Assembly (NCBI GenBank): GCA_020352495.1
Contig: CP070677.1
Location: 3,059,296 to 3,123,295, forward strand
DNA: 64,000 bases
Direction: 5' to 3'
DNA from: Candidatus Latescibacterota bacterium
GTDB lineage: Bacteria; Krumholzibacteriota; Krumholzibacteriia; WVZY01
The notes under the pieces were generated by a model. It searched no databases, was not told the DNA's origin, and saw only the letters and a program-made list of their open reading frames with translations. Position numbers and translations under genes: made by a program. This document shows positions 1 to 9,751 of this stretch, piece by piece (the first letter of the stretch is position 1; each line of letters opens with the position of its first letter).

Positions 1-302
1 ACACCACCGTGGAGCGAAACCCATGACCGCACGTCGTAACGAACCGAAGGCCTGATGTAAATCAGACTCCAATCCCCATCGGAAAGCGATTTGCGGGCGC
101 CTTGATCCCCGTTGTAGCGAAAACGATCGTTGAGGTGGTACGTTGTCGTCAGATCTACCCACGATTGAAAATCCGCTCCATCAATAGCCTGCGGCGCTGC
201 TCGTCGTGCCGCGGCTGTCATGAGAATAACGAACGACAAAACGAGAAAACCAATACGTCGCCCATCCGGACGCCGTATTCGGTTGTCAAACAATCCTCGC
301 AT
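1..302 (-). CDS. hypothetical signal-anchored protein, N-terminal 100 aa only (gene runs off the window start)
   Basis: My own reverse translation. ATG at 302-300 is preceded by AAGGA. The product reads MRGLFDNRIRRPDGRRIGFLVLSFVILMTAAARRAAPQAIDGADFQSWVDL... and stays open to position 1. It is missing from the ORF track because it has no stop in the window. The overlapping + ORF 102..407 looks like a shadow frame. Confidence 0.4.
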   Translation of the reverse strand, partial: MRGLFDNRIRRPDGRRIGFLVLSFVILMTAAARRAAPQAIDGADFQSWVDLTTTYHLNDRFRYNGDQGARKSLSDGDWSLIYIRPSVRYDVRSWVSLHGG

Positions 303-643
303 GCGGTCCTTCCCTTCTGCGTTATCTGCAGCGCGTCATTTGCCGATGTGAATTGGAACTCAGGTTCAGCAATATTTCGACCTGAAACGAAAATGCGTGC
401 TCGATAGGATTGGAGGTTACATGTCAACGCCGTTATGGGCAATCTTATCTTGACGACAGCCTTCCCGTGTCAGCAATTTCCCGCTGTCTGCAACGCTCCT
501 CCGCCGACAGTTGCCTCTGGCCGACAATTCTTTCCCTCGCGCGAGCCTTTCTCATATCGGCGGCCGTAGGCGAACGCACCAACACACGAGGCCCGCCCGC
601 GAAAATATTTCGCCCTGCCTCGACATCGAAGCCGTTTTTGTGT

Positions 644-671
644 GGAACCTTCTGTCGAGATTCTTGTCAAA
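644..671 (+). promoter_or_regulatory. candidate ECF (sigmaE-type) promoter GGAACCT-N16-TCAAA
   Basis: GGAACCT at 644-650, a 16 nt spacer, then TCAAA at 667-671. It lies about 45 nt upstream of the serpin ATG, at the head of an operon that encodes an ECF sigma. It matches the E. coli RpoE-type consensus GGAACTT-N16-TCAAA. Confidence 0.4.
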
Positions 672-716
672 CCATCGGATGTGGCAAGTTCAGACACAGT
701 GCCCAGGAGGTGTAAC

Positions 717-1784
717 ATGGAACAATCAAACAAGTTAGTGCTTTTTGCCATCGTTTTTGTGGGTTGGGCGGCCTTCATACCCCCCGTCGTCGCAGACACC
801 GCTAACATAGAGGCCACCCGAGTTACGCCCCACATGGAGGCGCCGATCAAACCGGGCCAAAATGTCGTTTTTTGCTCCACATTCCAGATCGCCTGGAATC
901 ATTTGAAAAACGACATCATCAAAGACGATATCCGTTTGGAAAAACCGTTGGAACTCATCCGGATCTTGAATTTGGAACGCACGGTGCGAACCGGTATCTC
1001 GGAAGGGGACTACCTGGCGGTGGCGGGTTATGGGAGCAAGAATATCGCGGACGAGATCAATCAAGCATTGAAAAGGAAATTTGGAGACGAAGCGCCGACT
1101 GTCGATAACGTATACAATCAAGATGACGTCATTCTGGCCTATGCGTTTCTTCTCAAGGTACTCCAGTTCGAAAACGCTTTCGAGGATTTCAAGGATCCCA
1201 TGACGTTCCACGGAGGAGACAACGAAGCACTCGTCGAATCATTTGGCATATATAAGTATTCGGAAGACCGTCACCGTTGGCTGGGTGACAAGGTCGAAGT
1301 GTTGGATTACGAACAACACGGTGACTTCATCGTGCGACTCGAATCCAAACACCCCGACGACGAGATCATTCTCGCTCGCGTCAAACCCGGAAAGACTCTT
1401 CTCCAAACATACGAACAGGTCGACACACGGATTGCCCGCAGCAAACCGGAAGGTCTGAGCAAGGGTGACCTCCTCATGATCCCGAAGATCGATTTTTCGT
1501 TGGATCACCAATACTCGTCTCTTGTTGGCCTCCACGTACTCAACAAGGGATTCGAGGATTATTTCGTACAGGAAGCAAGGCAGGACATCAGATTCACACT
1601 GGACGAATCCGGTGCCTCGGTCAAGTCCGCAGCGACACTTGCAATAAAAAAAGGCCCCCCCGTCGATTTCAAAATGCTTGTGTTCCATGACCCGTTTATG
1701 ATCTATCTAAAAAAGAGGGACGCCAAATATCCCTATCTTGCCATGTGGATCGGAAATCCCGACCTGATGGTTGAGAGTAATTGA
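717..1784 (+). CDS. secreted serpin-like protease inhibitor
   Basis: AGGAGG at 705-710 sits 6 nt before the ATG at 717, so the ORF-track start at 642 was trimmed. Signal peptide MEQSNKLVLFAIVFVGWAAFIPPVVA. Hinge-like reactive-centre-loop (RCL) segment DESGASVKSAATLAI. Serpin-like C-terminus FHDPFMIYLKKRD...YLAMWIGNP. Confidence 0.65.
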   Translation: MEQSNKLVLFAIVFVGWAAFIPPVVADTANIEATRVTPHMEAPIKPGQNVVFCSTFQIAWNHLKNDIIKDDIRLEKPLELIRILNLERTVRTGISEGDYLAVAGYGSKNIADEINQALKRKFGDEAPTVDNVYNQDDVILAYAFLLKVLQFENAFEDFKDPMTFHGGDNEALVESFGIYKYSEDRHRWLGDKVEVLDYEQHGDFIVRLESKHPDDEIILARVKPGKTLLQTYEQVDTRIARSKPEGLSKGDLLMIPKIDFSLDHQYSSLVGLHVLNKGFEDYFVQEARQDIRFTLDESGASVKSAATLAIKKGPPVDFKMLVFHDPFMIYLKKRDAKYPYLAMWIGNPDLMVESN

Positions 1785-1803
1785 TCACTGATTGTGAAGC
1801 TGG

Positions 1804-2409
1804 ATGCAAAAGCAAGACACCAAGGACGACATAGAGCTCGAAAGTATAGATCTCGCAAAATCGTTTCTTGCCGGTGACCGGCGATCGTTCGACAGATTGA
1901 TAATGCTGCATAAGAGACTGGTGTTCAACCTCTGCTATCGATCACTGGGGGATTACGATGAGGCCGACGACTGCGCACAAGACGTGTTCATCAAAGTCAG
2001 CCGTTCGCTCAAGGATTTCAGGTTCGGATCGAGGTTCACAACCTGGCTCTACCGCATCACCGTGAACACGTGCAAAAACAGGATCGGCTCGCTCGAGTAC
2101 AGGCTCAGATCGCGAACAGTCCGAATAGACACGGAGAGGGATATGGACGACAAACCCAAAGTGCTCGAGATCGAAAATCATAGACATACGCCCGTTGTCG
2201 AGTTCGCAAAAAAAGAGATCGACCATCTGATTCAGTGTGCCGTGAACACGCTGCCGGCCAAACAACGATTGGTTGTCGTACTCCGTGACATCGAGGGACG
2301 GTCATACAAGGAAATCGGCGAGATCATGGGATTTGAGCTGGGAACAGTGAAGTCTACGCTGTCTCGGGCGAGGGAGCAGTTACGAGAACTGCTAAAGGGA
2401 AAGATATGA
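1804..2409 (+). CDS. ECF-type RNA polymerase sigma-70 family factor
   Basis: Region 2 (DCAQDVFIKV...FTTWLYRITVNTCKNR) and region 4 (LPAKQRLVVVLRDIEGRSYKEIGEIMGFELGTVKSTLSRAR) are both present. Starts 19 nt after the serpin stop. Confidence 0.9.
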   Translation: MQKQDTKDDIELESIDLAKSFLAGDRRSFDRLIMLHKRLVFNLCYRSLGDYDEADDCAQDVFIKVSRSLKDFRFGSRFTTWLYRITVNTCKNRIGSLEYRLRSRTVRIDTERDMDDKPKVLEIENHRHTPVVEFAKKEIDHLIQCAVNTLPAKQRLVVVLRDIEGRSYKEIGEIMGFELGTVKSTLSRAREQLRELLKGKI

Positions 2410-2410
2410 G

Positions 2411-3112
2411 ATGGATTGTCGTGACGTAAAAGAGCATCTCTCCGAATATGTTGACGAGATGCTCCCGGAAAAAGAGGCGTCGGAGATCAAGGATCATCTC
2501 GCCCGGTGCGCTGATTGTCTGGGCGAATACGAGTCGACGCTCAAGATAATCAAACACATGAACGAGATGGAGACGATCGATGCACCCGCTGAATTCCTCG
2601 AAAAAGTAACCGCCAGACTCGAAAAGAGGTTTTCTTTTGGGGGTTGGCTTCGACGCCTCTTTGTGCCACTTCGCGTCAAGCTCCCGCTCGAACTTGCCGG
2701 TATCGCTGCCGCCGTTGCGCTGTTGGTCTATGTCTTTGGCGTCAGAGACGGTCGGGATCTATATGAAGTGACGATCTCGATGTCCGGCGAACGGGGGCAG
2801 ACGATCGTCGTCCCCGAAAAGCCCGGGGAAAAACGGGACGAACCCAAACGTCGCGACAAGAAGGGTGGTGAGAGGAGCCCAAGTCTGGAGGAAGTGATAA
2901 GAGCGGCGGGTTGGAGAATCGTGAGCACTGAACGTTGTGAAGACTCTAATATTCCGGCGAGCATGATTGTCGAACTACCGGCGGATGAATATCAAGATCT
3001 TCTCGGGGAGTTGAACCGTCTCGGCGTTGTCGAGACAAGACCTTCACCCGTGTTCGAAGAGGAGCAAGATGTCATCAAGGTGAAAATCGTGGTTCAGAAC
3101 GCGGGCCCCTAG
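2411..3112 (+). CDS. anti-sigma factor (zf-HC2, single TM)
   Basis: Starts 1 nt after the sigma stop. N-terminal H-x3-C-x2-C motif (DHLARCADC). One hydrophobic helix (LPLELAGIAAAVALLVYVF). Confidence 0.75.
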   Translation: MDCRDVKEHLSEYVDEMLPEKEASEIKDHLARCADCLGEYESTLKIIKHMNEMETIDAPAEFLEKVTARLEKRFSFGGWLRRLFVPLRVKLPLELAGIAAAVALLVYVFGVRDGRDLYEVTISMSGERGQTIVVPEKPGEKRDEPKRRDKKGGERSPSLEEVIRAAGWRIVSTERCEDSNIPASMIVELPADEYQDLLGELNRLGVVETRPSPVFEEEQDVIKVKIVVQNAGP

Positions 3113-3239
3113 CGCTCTCGGCTTTGTCTTGGCTCGGCTCGTCCCATCACGCCTCCCACGCAGCAGCGCAAATTCCGACAACCTGATGCGATACCGTCTG
3201 CTCGGTTCGCGCGTTGACAAGAATTGTGTGAGTGAGAAC

Positions 3240-4304
3240 TCAAAGCCACCGTTTCCTTTTGAAATAGGTAAGCATCGCTCCGCAAATCGCTGCAATCACC
3301 AACCAGAAAAATACGTAGCTCCATTTCCAACGCAACTCAGGCATGAAGTCGAAATTCATGCCGTAAATCCCGGCAACGAAGGTGAGCGGCACGAATATCG
3401 TCGCAATGATCGTTAGAACCTTCATCACCTCATTCATCCTGTTGCTCATGCTCGAGAGGTAGAGATCCTGCATTCCCGACACCATGTCCCTGAAGGATTC
3501 CACGACATCGATCACCTGAACGGTGTGGTCGTACACATCCCTCAAAAAGACGCGGGTTCCCTTCTTGATTAGAGACGACTCGCCGCGCTCCAAGGCACTC
3601 ACGGCCTCCCGCAACGGCCAGATGGATTTCCGCAAGAAGATTGTCTCCCTCTTGAGCTCGTGGATCATTTGGAGCGATTCGGGTGTGGCGCGATCGATGA
3701 GGTCACTTTCCAGACTTTCGATTTGCTCTCCGAAATTCTCGAGAATGACAAAATAGTTGTCCACAACAGCATCGATTAGCGCATACAACAGATAGTCCGG
3801 CCCCTGTTTTCGAATTCGCCGCCCTGTGGAACGGATTCGCTCGCGGACGGGTTCGAACACATCGCCGTACCTCTCTTGAAAGGAGAGAACGTAATGGCGT
3901 CCCAGAATAAAACTGACTTGTTCGGATGTTACGTGTTTCTTCTCCGGATCGTAGAATAGCATTCGCATGATGACAAAGAGATAGTCCTGGTAATCCTCAA
4001 CCTTGGGACGCTGGTTGGTGTTCATAACGTCTTCCATCACTAATGGATGAAGCCCGTATTGCTCACCAATTTTGGCAAGGACGTTGGTGTCGTGCAGACC
4101 ATCGATGTTGATCCAGGAAACCGTTCGAGTATCCCGATACGAACTGCATTCCTCGGCCGATGAGAGCTCTTTCTCCTCGAGAGACTCCGGTGAATAATCG
4201 ATGACTCTTATCCGCACCCGTTCAACCTTTTTTTCTCCGACATGTTCGAGCGTCCCCGGCGAGGCACCAATCTTTCTCCTCACTGGTCGCAAGAAACGAG
4301 GCAT
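3240..4304 (-). CDS. corA: CorA magnesium/cobalt transporter
   Basis: 354 aa with the C-terminal YGMNF signature followed by a second TM helix. Architecture is typical of CorA. Confidence 0.9.
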   Translation of the reverse strand: MPRFLRPVRRKIGASPGTLEHVGEKKVERVRIRVIDYSPESLEEKELSSAEECSSYRDTRTVSWINIDGLHDTNVLAKIGEQYGLHPLVMEDVMNTNQRPKVEDYQDYLFVIMRMLFYDPEKKHVTSEQVSFILGRHYVLSFQERYGDVFEPVRERIRSTGRRIRKQGPDYLLYALIDAVVDNYFVILENFGEQIESLESDLIDRATPESLQMIHELKRETIFLRKSIWPLREAVSALERGESSLIKKGTRVFLRDVYDHTVQVIDVVESFRDMVSGMQDLYLSSMSNRMNEVMKVLTIIATIFVPLTFVAGIYGMNFDFMPELRWKWSYVFFWLVIAAICGAMLTYFKRKRWL

Positions 4305-4515
4305 CTCGCATCACCTCCGAATATCCGAATTGCCAATCGAAGACGTCGCGGCACTTATGATGCCCTAAACGATCAACGCTTACCGCCAGTATTACGCACG
4401 ATTCGACAAAAGGGCAAATCAAATAGGCATTGCCATGCGTTGCCGAACACAAAAAATCAGTCAGTCTCGCACCCTCGTCACCACCACCTTGACGCTCACC
4501 GATAACTAGAGGATA

Positions 4516-4542
4516 CTTGACCGGAAATGTTTGGATGTCAAG
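4516..4542. promoter_or_regulatory. inverted repeat CTTGAC-N15-GTCAAG in the corA/mscS divergent intergenic region
   Basis: Sequence cttgaccGGAAATGTTTGgatgtcaag. On the minus strand it gives TTGACA-N17-AAGTAT, a possible corA promoter. It shares the exact 10-mer GAAATGTTTG and the TTGAC/TCAAG arms with the groES/marR palindrome at 14851-14872. Confidence 0.35.
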
Positions 4543-4609
4543 TGGTGTGTTAAGCGAAGTGACGAGCCGATCTCAACTACATTTAGCTGATCCATAAGGG
4601 AGGATTCCA

Positions 4610-5494
4610 ATGAAAGACGCGTTCCAAGCCATTCAAGACGTTCTTCAAAACAGACTCTTCACAATCGCGGGAACGCCGGTCGATCTGGCAACGCTTCTAA
4701 TTTTCCTGTTGATCATCGCCGCAACGTTATGGATTTCGCATGTCCTTCAACGTGGTCTCGTGAGATTCTTTCAGGCACGCGGCGTTCGGGATGAGGCCTC
4801 GATAGGGGTCGGGACCCGTCTCCTTCACTATCTCGTATTGATCATCGGGTTTGGTATAGCGATCCACACCATGGGTATCAATTTGACCGCCCTCTTCGCG
4901 GCTGGGGCCATTTTTGCCGTGGGTCTCGGGTTTGCGATGCAGAATATCGCTCAGAACTTTGTGTCCGGAATCATTCTTTTGGTAGAGCGTACGATAAAGC
5001 CGGCTGACATCCTGGAGGTCGACGGACGAATGGTCCGCGTTGTCCGGCTTGGAGCGCGTGCCACTGTAGTGCGGACCCTTGATGAGGAAGATTTGATCGT
5101 GCCGAATTCCACGCTCGTTCAGTCGACGGTGAAGAACTACACGCTCCGCGACGCGCTATATCGTCTCCGAGCCCCCGTTGGTGTTGTCTATGGTTCGGAC
5201 ATGGCCGTCGTGAGACAGGTACTCGAGGATGCGGCAAAGAAACTGGACTGGCGGTCGAAAGACAAAAACCCGGTCGTGTTGATGACGGAGTTCGGAGATT
5301 CATCCGTCAATTTTGAGGTGTCGGTCTGGGTGGATAACCCTTGGAAAACACGGGCGCTCCGGTCAGAGCTCAACGAGGCGATTTGGTGGGCACTCAAAAA
5401 CGCCGGGATCACGATCGCGTTCCCGCAGCTGGACGTTCATCTTGATCCGCCGGTCGTCGAGTCGTTGGAGTCACTGACGGCCGACGGCCGTTAA
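4610..5494 (+). CDS. small-conductance mechanosensitive channel (MscS family)
   Basis: GGGAGG sits upstream of the ATG. Three N-terminal TM helices are followed by the MscS beta-domain (GFAMQNIAQNFVSGIILLVERTIKPADILEVDG). Confidence 0.85.
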   Translation: MKDAFQAIQDVLQNRLFTIAGTPVDLATLLIFLLIIAATLWISHVLQRGLVRFFQARGVRDEASIGVGTRLLHYLVLIIGFGIAIHTMGINLTALFAAGAIFAVGLGFAMQNIAQNFVSGIILLVERTIKPADILEVDGRMVRVVRLGARATVVRTLDEEDLIVPNSTLVQSTVKNYTLRDALYRLRAPVGVVYGSDMAVVRQVLEDAAKKLDWRSKDKNPVVLMTEFGDSSVNFEVSVWVDNPWKTRALRSELNEAIWWALKNAGITIAFPQLDVHLDPPVVESLESLTADGR

Positions 5495-5523
5495 AAGATT
5501 TTTCGAAGGCGAGCACGAATCGT

Positions 5524-6111
5524 TCACCTGAACTTCGAAAACGATCTCAGCAGATGGAATTTGCGGCGGCCGACGAACAGCTCTCTTGCAGGAAATATTC
5601 CTTCCCTCGCAAAACGAACGTCTTCAATAGAATAAAACGCCTTTGGATTGAACTTGTTGACGAGTTCTATGACGTTGGGTAGGTCATGACGTTTGATCAC
5701 ACTGAAGAACAGATGCACCTTTCCGTCGCCGCCTTGAGCATCGACACTGGTGACACCATAGCCATGTTTCCGAAGTGTTTGTATCAGTTCAGTGGCATCG
5801 GCTTTGGTAATGACGCGTATGATCCTGCTGCCCAATGCCAATTTGTCCTCTAGGCGTAAACCCGCAAAGGTACCGGCAGCATATCCACCAGCGTAACTCG
5901 CGTAGAAGGCTACGTTGTCGAGGTTTCCTATGATTTGCCGAATTGCAAAAAGCCAGATGAGAATCTCAACAAAGCCGACAATCGGCGCGAGGATTTTTTG
6001 TCCGCGGGAGATGAACACGATGCGCATTGTGCCAAGCGACACATCCGCCACACGGGCCAAGAAAATTAAAACACTAAGGATAACAATCTGAAGAGGCTCC
6101 TCTCCCGCCAT
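5524..6111 (-). CDS. UPF0316/DUF2179 membrane protein
   Basis: 195 aa. N-terminal TM helices plus a C-terminal DUF2179-like alpha/beta domain (GYGVTSVDAQGGDGKVHLFFSVIKRHD). Confidence 0.7.
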   Translation of the reverse strand: MAGEEPLQIVILSVLIFLARVADVSLGTMRIVFISRGQKILAPIVGFVEILIWLFAIRQIIGNLDNVAFYASYAGGYAAGTFAGLRLEDKLALGSRIIRVITKADATELIQTLRKHGYGVTSVDAQGGDGKVHLFFSVIKRHDLPNVIELVNKFNPKAFYSIEDVRFAREGIFPARELFVGRRKFHLLRSFSKFR

Positions 6112-6240
6112 TTCGAACTACCTCCAGATAGAGACCCATCGCCTCTGTGTGTTTCCGACAACGATCAAGAGATGGTTTCCGATGACTTGCGCTCGTGTCA
6201 CGCCAAATTCACGGTATCGCTGGGTTCGCCAGGTAGCTTC

Positions 6241-7302
6241 TCAATCCAGGTTGTACCCGAGACCCGGCCTACCCGTCGGGTAGAGCGCCCCGTTCTTCAG
6301 AACGACGGCGCCGTGCGACGGATCCCCTTGAAGCCCGATGTGCCCGTCGAGATCACAGTAGGCGACGTTCGGACGGGCCAGCGCAAAGTGCAGCCCGGCG
6401 GCAATGGCCAGCGTTGCCTCGTCCATACAGCCGACCATGACCTCGAGTCCGGCGGATCTCGCCACCCCGTTTATGAGCAGCGCTTCGTAAATTCCTCCAA
6501 CTTTCATGAGCTTCACGTTGACCATGTCCACAAGTCCTCGCCGCGCCAGCCTGAAGGCGTCACGAAGACTCATCAGGCTTTCATCAGCCATCACGGGAAG
6601 AGGGACCTTCCGCGTAACCAGACCCAACGAGTCGGGCTTGCCGACCGATGTGGGTTGTTCGATGAGTTCGAGACGGATACTCTTCGTAGCCTCGACGAAT
6701 TGAAGTGTCTCTTCTACCGAGTACCCTTGGTTCGCGTCGAATCGAAGTTGGACGCGTTGCCCCACAGTTTGGCGAACCCGATGGACCCGATCGATATCCT
6801 CCTCCACATCCCGTCCACCTTTGATTTTGAGCGCGGTGAACCCCTCAGCCACCCACCGACGCGCGGACTCGACGGTCTCGGCCGGTGGGAGAATACCGAT
6901 GGTGACACTCGTCTTGAAGCTTCTTCGATATCCTCCGAGAAGCTTCCACAGTGGTAGACCCGCGCTCTTGCCAAGGATATCGTGAATCGCCATATCGATA
7001 GCGGCGATGGCAGCGGGTTGTCCCTTGAGTCGCGTTTTCAGCCGCTCGATCAGGCGGGCAATTCGGAGTGGGTCCGCGCCCAAGAGGAGAGGTGTGGCGT
7101 ATTCGACAGCTCTAAGAACGGATTCAGAGGTTTCTCCCGTGACCTCGAGATCCGGCGCTGCACAGCCGTACCCCGTGATGTCCGTGTTTGTCTCCACCCG
7201 AAGAAATACATTCGTCGTCGACTGGACCGTTTCGTAGGCGATCGTGTACGGTTCGGCAAGCTTCATCGTATGGGGCCAGGCTTCGATTTGTGTGATCTTC
7301 AT
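6241..7302 (-). CDS. dipeptide (L-Ala-D/L-Glu type) or N-acyl amino acid epimerase, enolase superfamily MLE subgroup
   Basis: Has the KxK motif (LKIKGG), metal ligands DANQG / EQP / MADES, the second catalytic Lys (KLMKVGG) and CDLDG. It is the last gene of the 4-gene operon. Confidence 0.85.
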   Translation of the reverse strand: MKITQIEAWPHTMKLAEPYTIAYETVQSTTNVFLRVETNTDITGYGCAAPDLEVTGETSESVLRAVEYATPLLLGADPLRIARLIERLKTRLKGQPAAIAAIDMAIHDILGKSAGLPLWKLLGGYRRSFKTSVTIGILPPAETVESARRWVAEGFTALKIKGGRDVEEDIDRVHRVRQTVGQRVQLRFDANQGYSVEETLQFVEATKSIRLELIEQPTSVGKPDSLGLVTRKVPLPVMADESLMSLRDAFRLARRGLVDMVNVKLMKVGGIYEALLINGVARSAGLEVMVGCMDEATLAIAAGLHFALARPNVAYCDLDGHIGLQGDPSHGAVVLKNGALYPTGRPGLGYNLD

Positions 7303-7318
7303 GGCGGTTGCCCGACGA

Positions 7319-9736
7319 CTAGTACCGTCTCTGAAAAATCTCGTCCAGTGTCAGTTGTTTGAGGTCTTCGACAAATGCGACGAGATGGCGGATCATTACC
7401 CCCCACATTTTTTCCCCTTTTTCCGCGCTTGCCCGCGTGGGGTCTCCCATCACTCCGCTATCAGAGATCCGCTTCGTGAACGCGTACCATGAGATACCCC
7501 GTTTCGAGGTAAAATCCAGATAACGGCTCGAAAACTGTGGAACTAGTTTCTCGGCCTCTTTCATGTTGACCAATTCAGGTCTCGTGGCCAGGCTCGTACT
7601 CGTCTCGATTTCGCCCGCGTGGACGTCGTTGGGTGTCTCAATCATCGAATAGATGTCAACATCACTCGTCTCGCCGCTGTCCACGCACACAAATATGCGG
7701 GCGTCCCGGTTGATCATCTGGGCAGCGAAATTCAATGCCGGGTCGTTGCCGCCGTGGCCGTTGATGATGACGAGCTTGGTAACACCGTTTTTCGCCGCGC
7801 TCATGCCAATCTCGTAGACCAGTCGCGAGAGCGTCTCATTGCCAACGCTGATCGTACCACTGAACTCTTCGTGATGATAGGACACACCGTACGGCACGAG
7901 CGGCAATACGACCGGTTTTGGATCACTGCACTTCCGAGCCACTGCCATTGCGAGGTAGTACGCATCAAACGCGTCGGTATCCAACGGCAAATGTGGTCCG
8001 TGTTGTTCGATCGATCCCACGGGTAAAAGCGCGACGTCAACCTCCTTGAAACGTTTTTTCGCCACCGGCCATGTCATTTCGCCGAGGAGACATCCGTCAT
8101 CGGGGGTGTCGCGATCCATCGATCGGCCAGTTCCAGGTTTGCTTCTCTCGAACACATACGGTTGGTGCAGGGCAGCATCGGTCGGCAGATCGATTTCTGT
8201 CCACATTTTTCCCTTTCGCCGAACCGCACCGTCGGCGTGCTGAAGAAGGATACGGTAGAGGGGAAGCCGCAACTCTTGTGGAATGCCTTCCATCGGTGAT
8301 CGTTCCTGGTCGAACCGCAGCTTCATGATCTCGGGATGTTCTCTCGATGGTGCGGTGACTCGATCCGTGTCATCGAGTAGCCCGTTCTGCCGAAGCATCC
8401 AAACGAGGTGCTCCGCGCCGGCCTGTTCTTGGTGGGTGGGCTTGACAGCAAGCGCGGCCAGACACTCGTCCACCTGTGAGTGGTCGTACCCGCACACTAC
8501 GGGCGCTCCATCGTTTGCCAAAACCATTCCCACTATTCGACGGCATTTCTCGCATTTCCCGCACGGCCGGACCCGTGAGCCTGCCGTGTGAGCGGCGTGG
8601 CAAGACATTTGGTGTTTGAATAGCTCGGGATACCTTTTGACCAACACTTTCTCGATCAGCAGCTCGGATAACGGCCGCAAGATCGAAAACTGACTCATCG
8701 CCCAACGCTTCCTGGAGTAGTAACGGCTCAGTGCATTGTCGAAGTATCGGCTTTGATCATAAAGACCGTTGTAGTGCGTTATACCTTTATGTGTAAGACG
8801 CGCGGTTGTGTCGTATTCATCGCCAACGACAAGCCGGCCTACACCGCGCTTTCGAAGGATTGGGAGCGCACCAAAAAGAAATACCGCGACGGTCCAAAGC
8901 CGGATCGGGTACTCGTCGGACCGGACGGTGGCAAAGTCCTGCCTGACAAACGGGAGGTGACGGAGCATCCATGCGAACACCCGGTCGGAGTTCACCCACA
9001 CTCGCGAAGTGTTCGGCACGTCGGCCTTGAAGTAGCGAAACGCATTCAACGCCGTAAACCAGTGTCTTCCCGACTCGTTTACAAAAACGGGGTGGGTTTC
9101 GTATCCCATCTCACGGAGAAGCCCGAAACTGAGAAGGCTGTCCTTTCCACCGCTCGATAGGATTGCGATTCGATCCGGTTTGCTCTCGGTCGGACTCCAG
9201 GGCAAACTCGTTTTGAGTCCTGTGGAATCCGCAAAGGTCAAGGATGCATTCAAATACGACTTTTTCTTTGTTACCGACAAATTCCTCAACGCCGGAACGA
9301 GAAACGGGTTGGGTTCGAGGAACTTCTTGACGTAGATTTCCCTCGCCGTGTTTTCCGCCATTTCGGCGAGAAACTTTCTGTCTGCCGTGTCGTAGCCGCC
9401 TCTAAAAACGATTTCGTCGCATAAAAGACCGTAGTTCAACGCCACTTGGGCGGCTATCATGTTGGCCAAGTCGCGGTCATTTTCCGAGGAAGGCTCGAAG
9501 ACGTCCTCCTCGTACCGATAGACCAGCTCGGTCACGTCCCTGCGACCGTTTTGCGTTACCGAATAGGGAGCGGTAAGCCTACGTCGTTCCAGCTTGACGG
9601 GGCCAACCTCCAGACGTTCGATGACACGAAGTCTGTCGAGCGCGGGAGCCCCGTCTCGCCCGGCCGAGTTTTTGAAGGGCGACCCGTTATGTTTGGATTG
9701 TTTCACTTCCCCTCCCACGAGTGATGACCCGACCAA
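7319..9736 (-). CDS. fusion protein: PP-loop ATP pyrophosphatase-like domain + creatininase-family amidohydrolase domain
   Basis: 805 aa. SGGKDS PP-loop ([12 protein letters not shown]) and a QueC-like Cys knuckle (CHAAH...CGKCEKCRR) in the N-terminal two thirds. The C-terminal 250 aa carry creatininase motifs ([33 protein letters not shown]). Confidence 0.7.
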   Translation of the reverse strand: MVGSSLVGGEVKQSKHNGSPFKNSAGRDGAPALDRLRVIERLEVGPVKLERRRLTAPYSVTQNGRRDVTELVYRYEEDVFEPSSENDRDLANMIAAQVALNYGLLCDEIVFRGGYDTADRKFLAEMAENTAREIYVKKFLEPNPFLVPALRNLSVTKKKSYLNASLTFADSTGLKTSLPWSPTESKPDRIAILSSGGKDSLLSFGLLREMGYETHPVFVNESGRHWFTALNAFRYFKADVPNTSRVWVNSDRVFAWMLRHLPFVRQDFATVRSDEYPIRLWTVAVFLFGALPILRKRGVGRLVVGDEYDTTARLTHKGITHYNGLYDQSRYFDNALSRYYSRKRWAMSQFSILRPLSELLIEKVLVKRYPELFKHQMSCHAAHTAGSRVRPCGKCEKCRRIVGMVLANDGAPVVCGYDHSQVDECLAALAVKPTHQEQAGAEHLVWMLRQNGLLDDTDRVTAPSREHPEIMKLRFDQERSPMEGIPQELRLPLYRILLQHADGAVRRKGKMWTEIDLPTDAALHQPYVFERSKPGTGRSMDRDTPDDGCLLGEMTWPVAKKRFKEVDVALLPVGSIEQHGPHLPLDTDAFDAYYLAMAVARKCSDPKPVVLPLVPYGVSYHHEEFSGTISVGNETLSRLVYEIGMSAAKNGVTKLVIINGHGGNDPALNFAAQMINRDARIFVCVDSGETSDVDIYSMIETPNDVHAGEIETSTSLATRPELVNMKEAEKLVPQFSSRYLDFTSKRGISWYAFTKRISDSGVMGDPTRASAEKGEKMWGVMIRHLVAFVEDLKQLTLDEIFQRRY

Positions 9737-9751
9737 CTGCCATCGGAATCA

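Noticed and set aside
102-715. Small ORFs 102..407 (+), 218..442 (-), 410..715 (+) and 470..880 (-) at the left edge.
   Set aside because: Cys/Arg-rich nonsense-like translations. The region is better explained by a partial minus-strand gene (1..302) plus the serpin promoter region.
4305-4515. Possible M-box (Mg2+) riboswitch in the roughly 200-nt corA leader (GUUAUCGGUGAGCG resembles the GUUAGGUGAGGC start).
   Set aside because: Beyond that short similarity I could not trace the conserved M-box helices or the GCUAAAGCUCUACG-type core. It would need a covariance-model scan (Rfam RF00380), so it is not reported as a feature.
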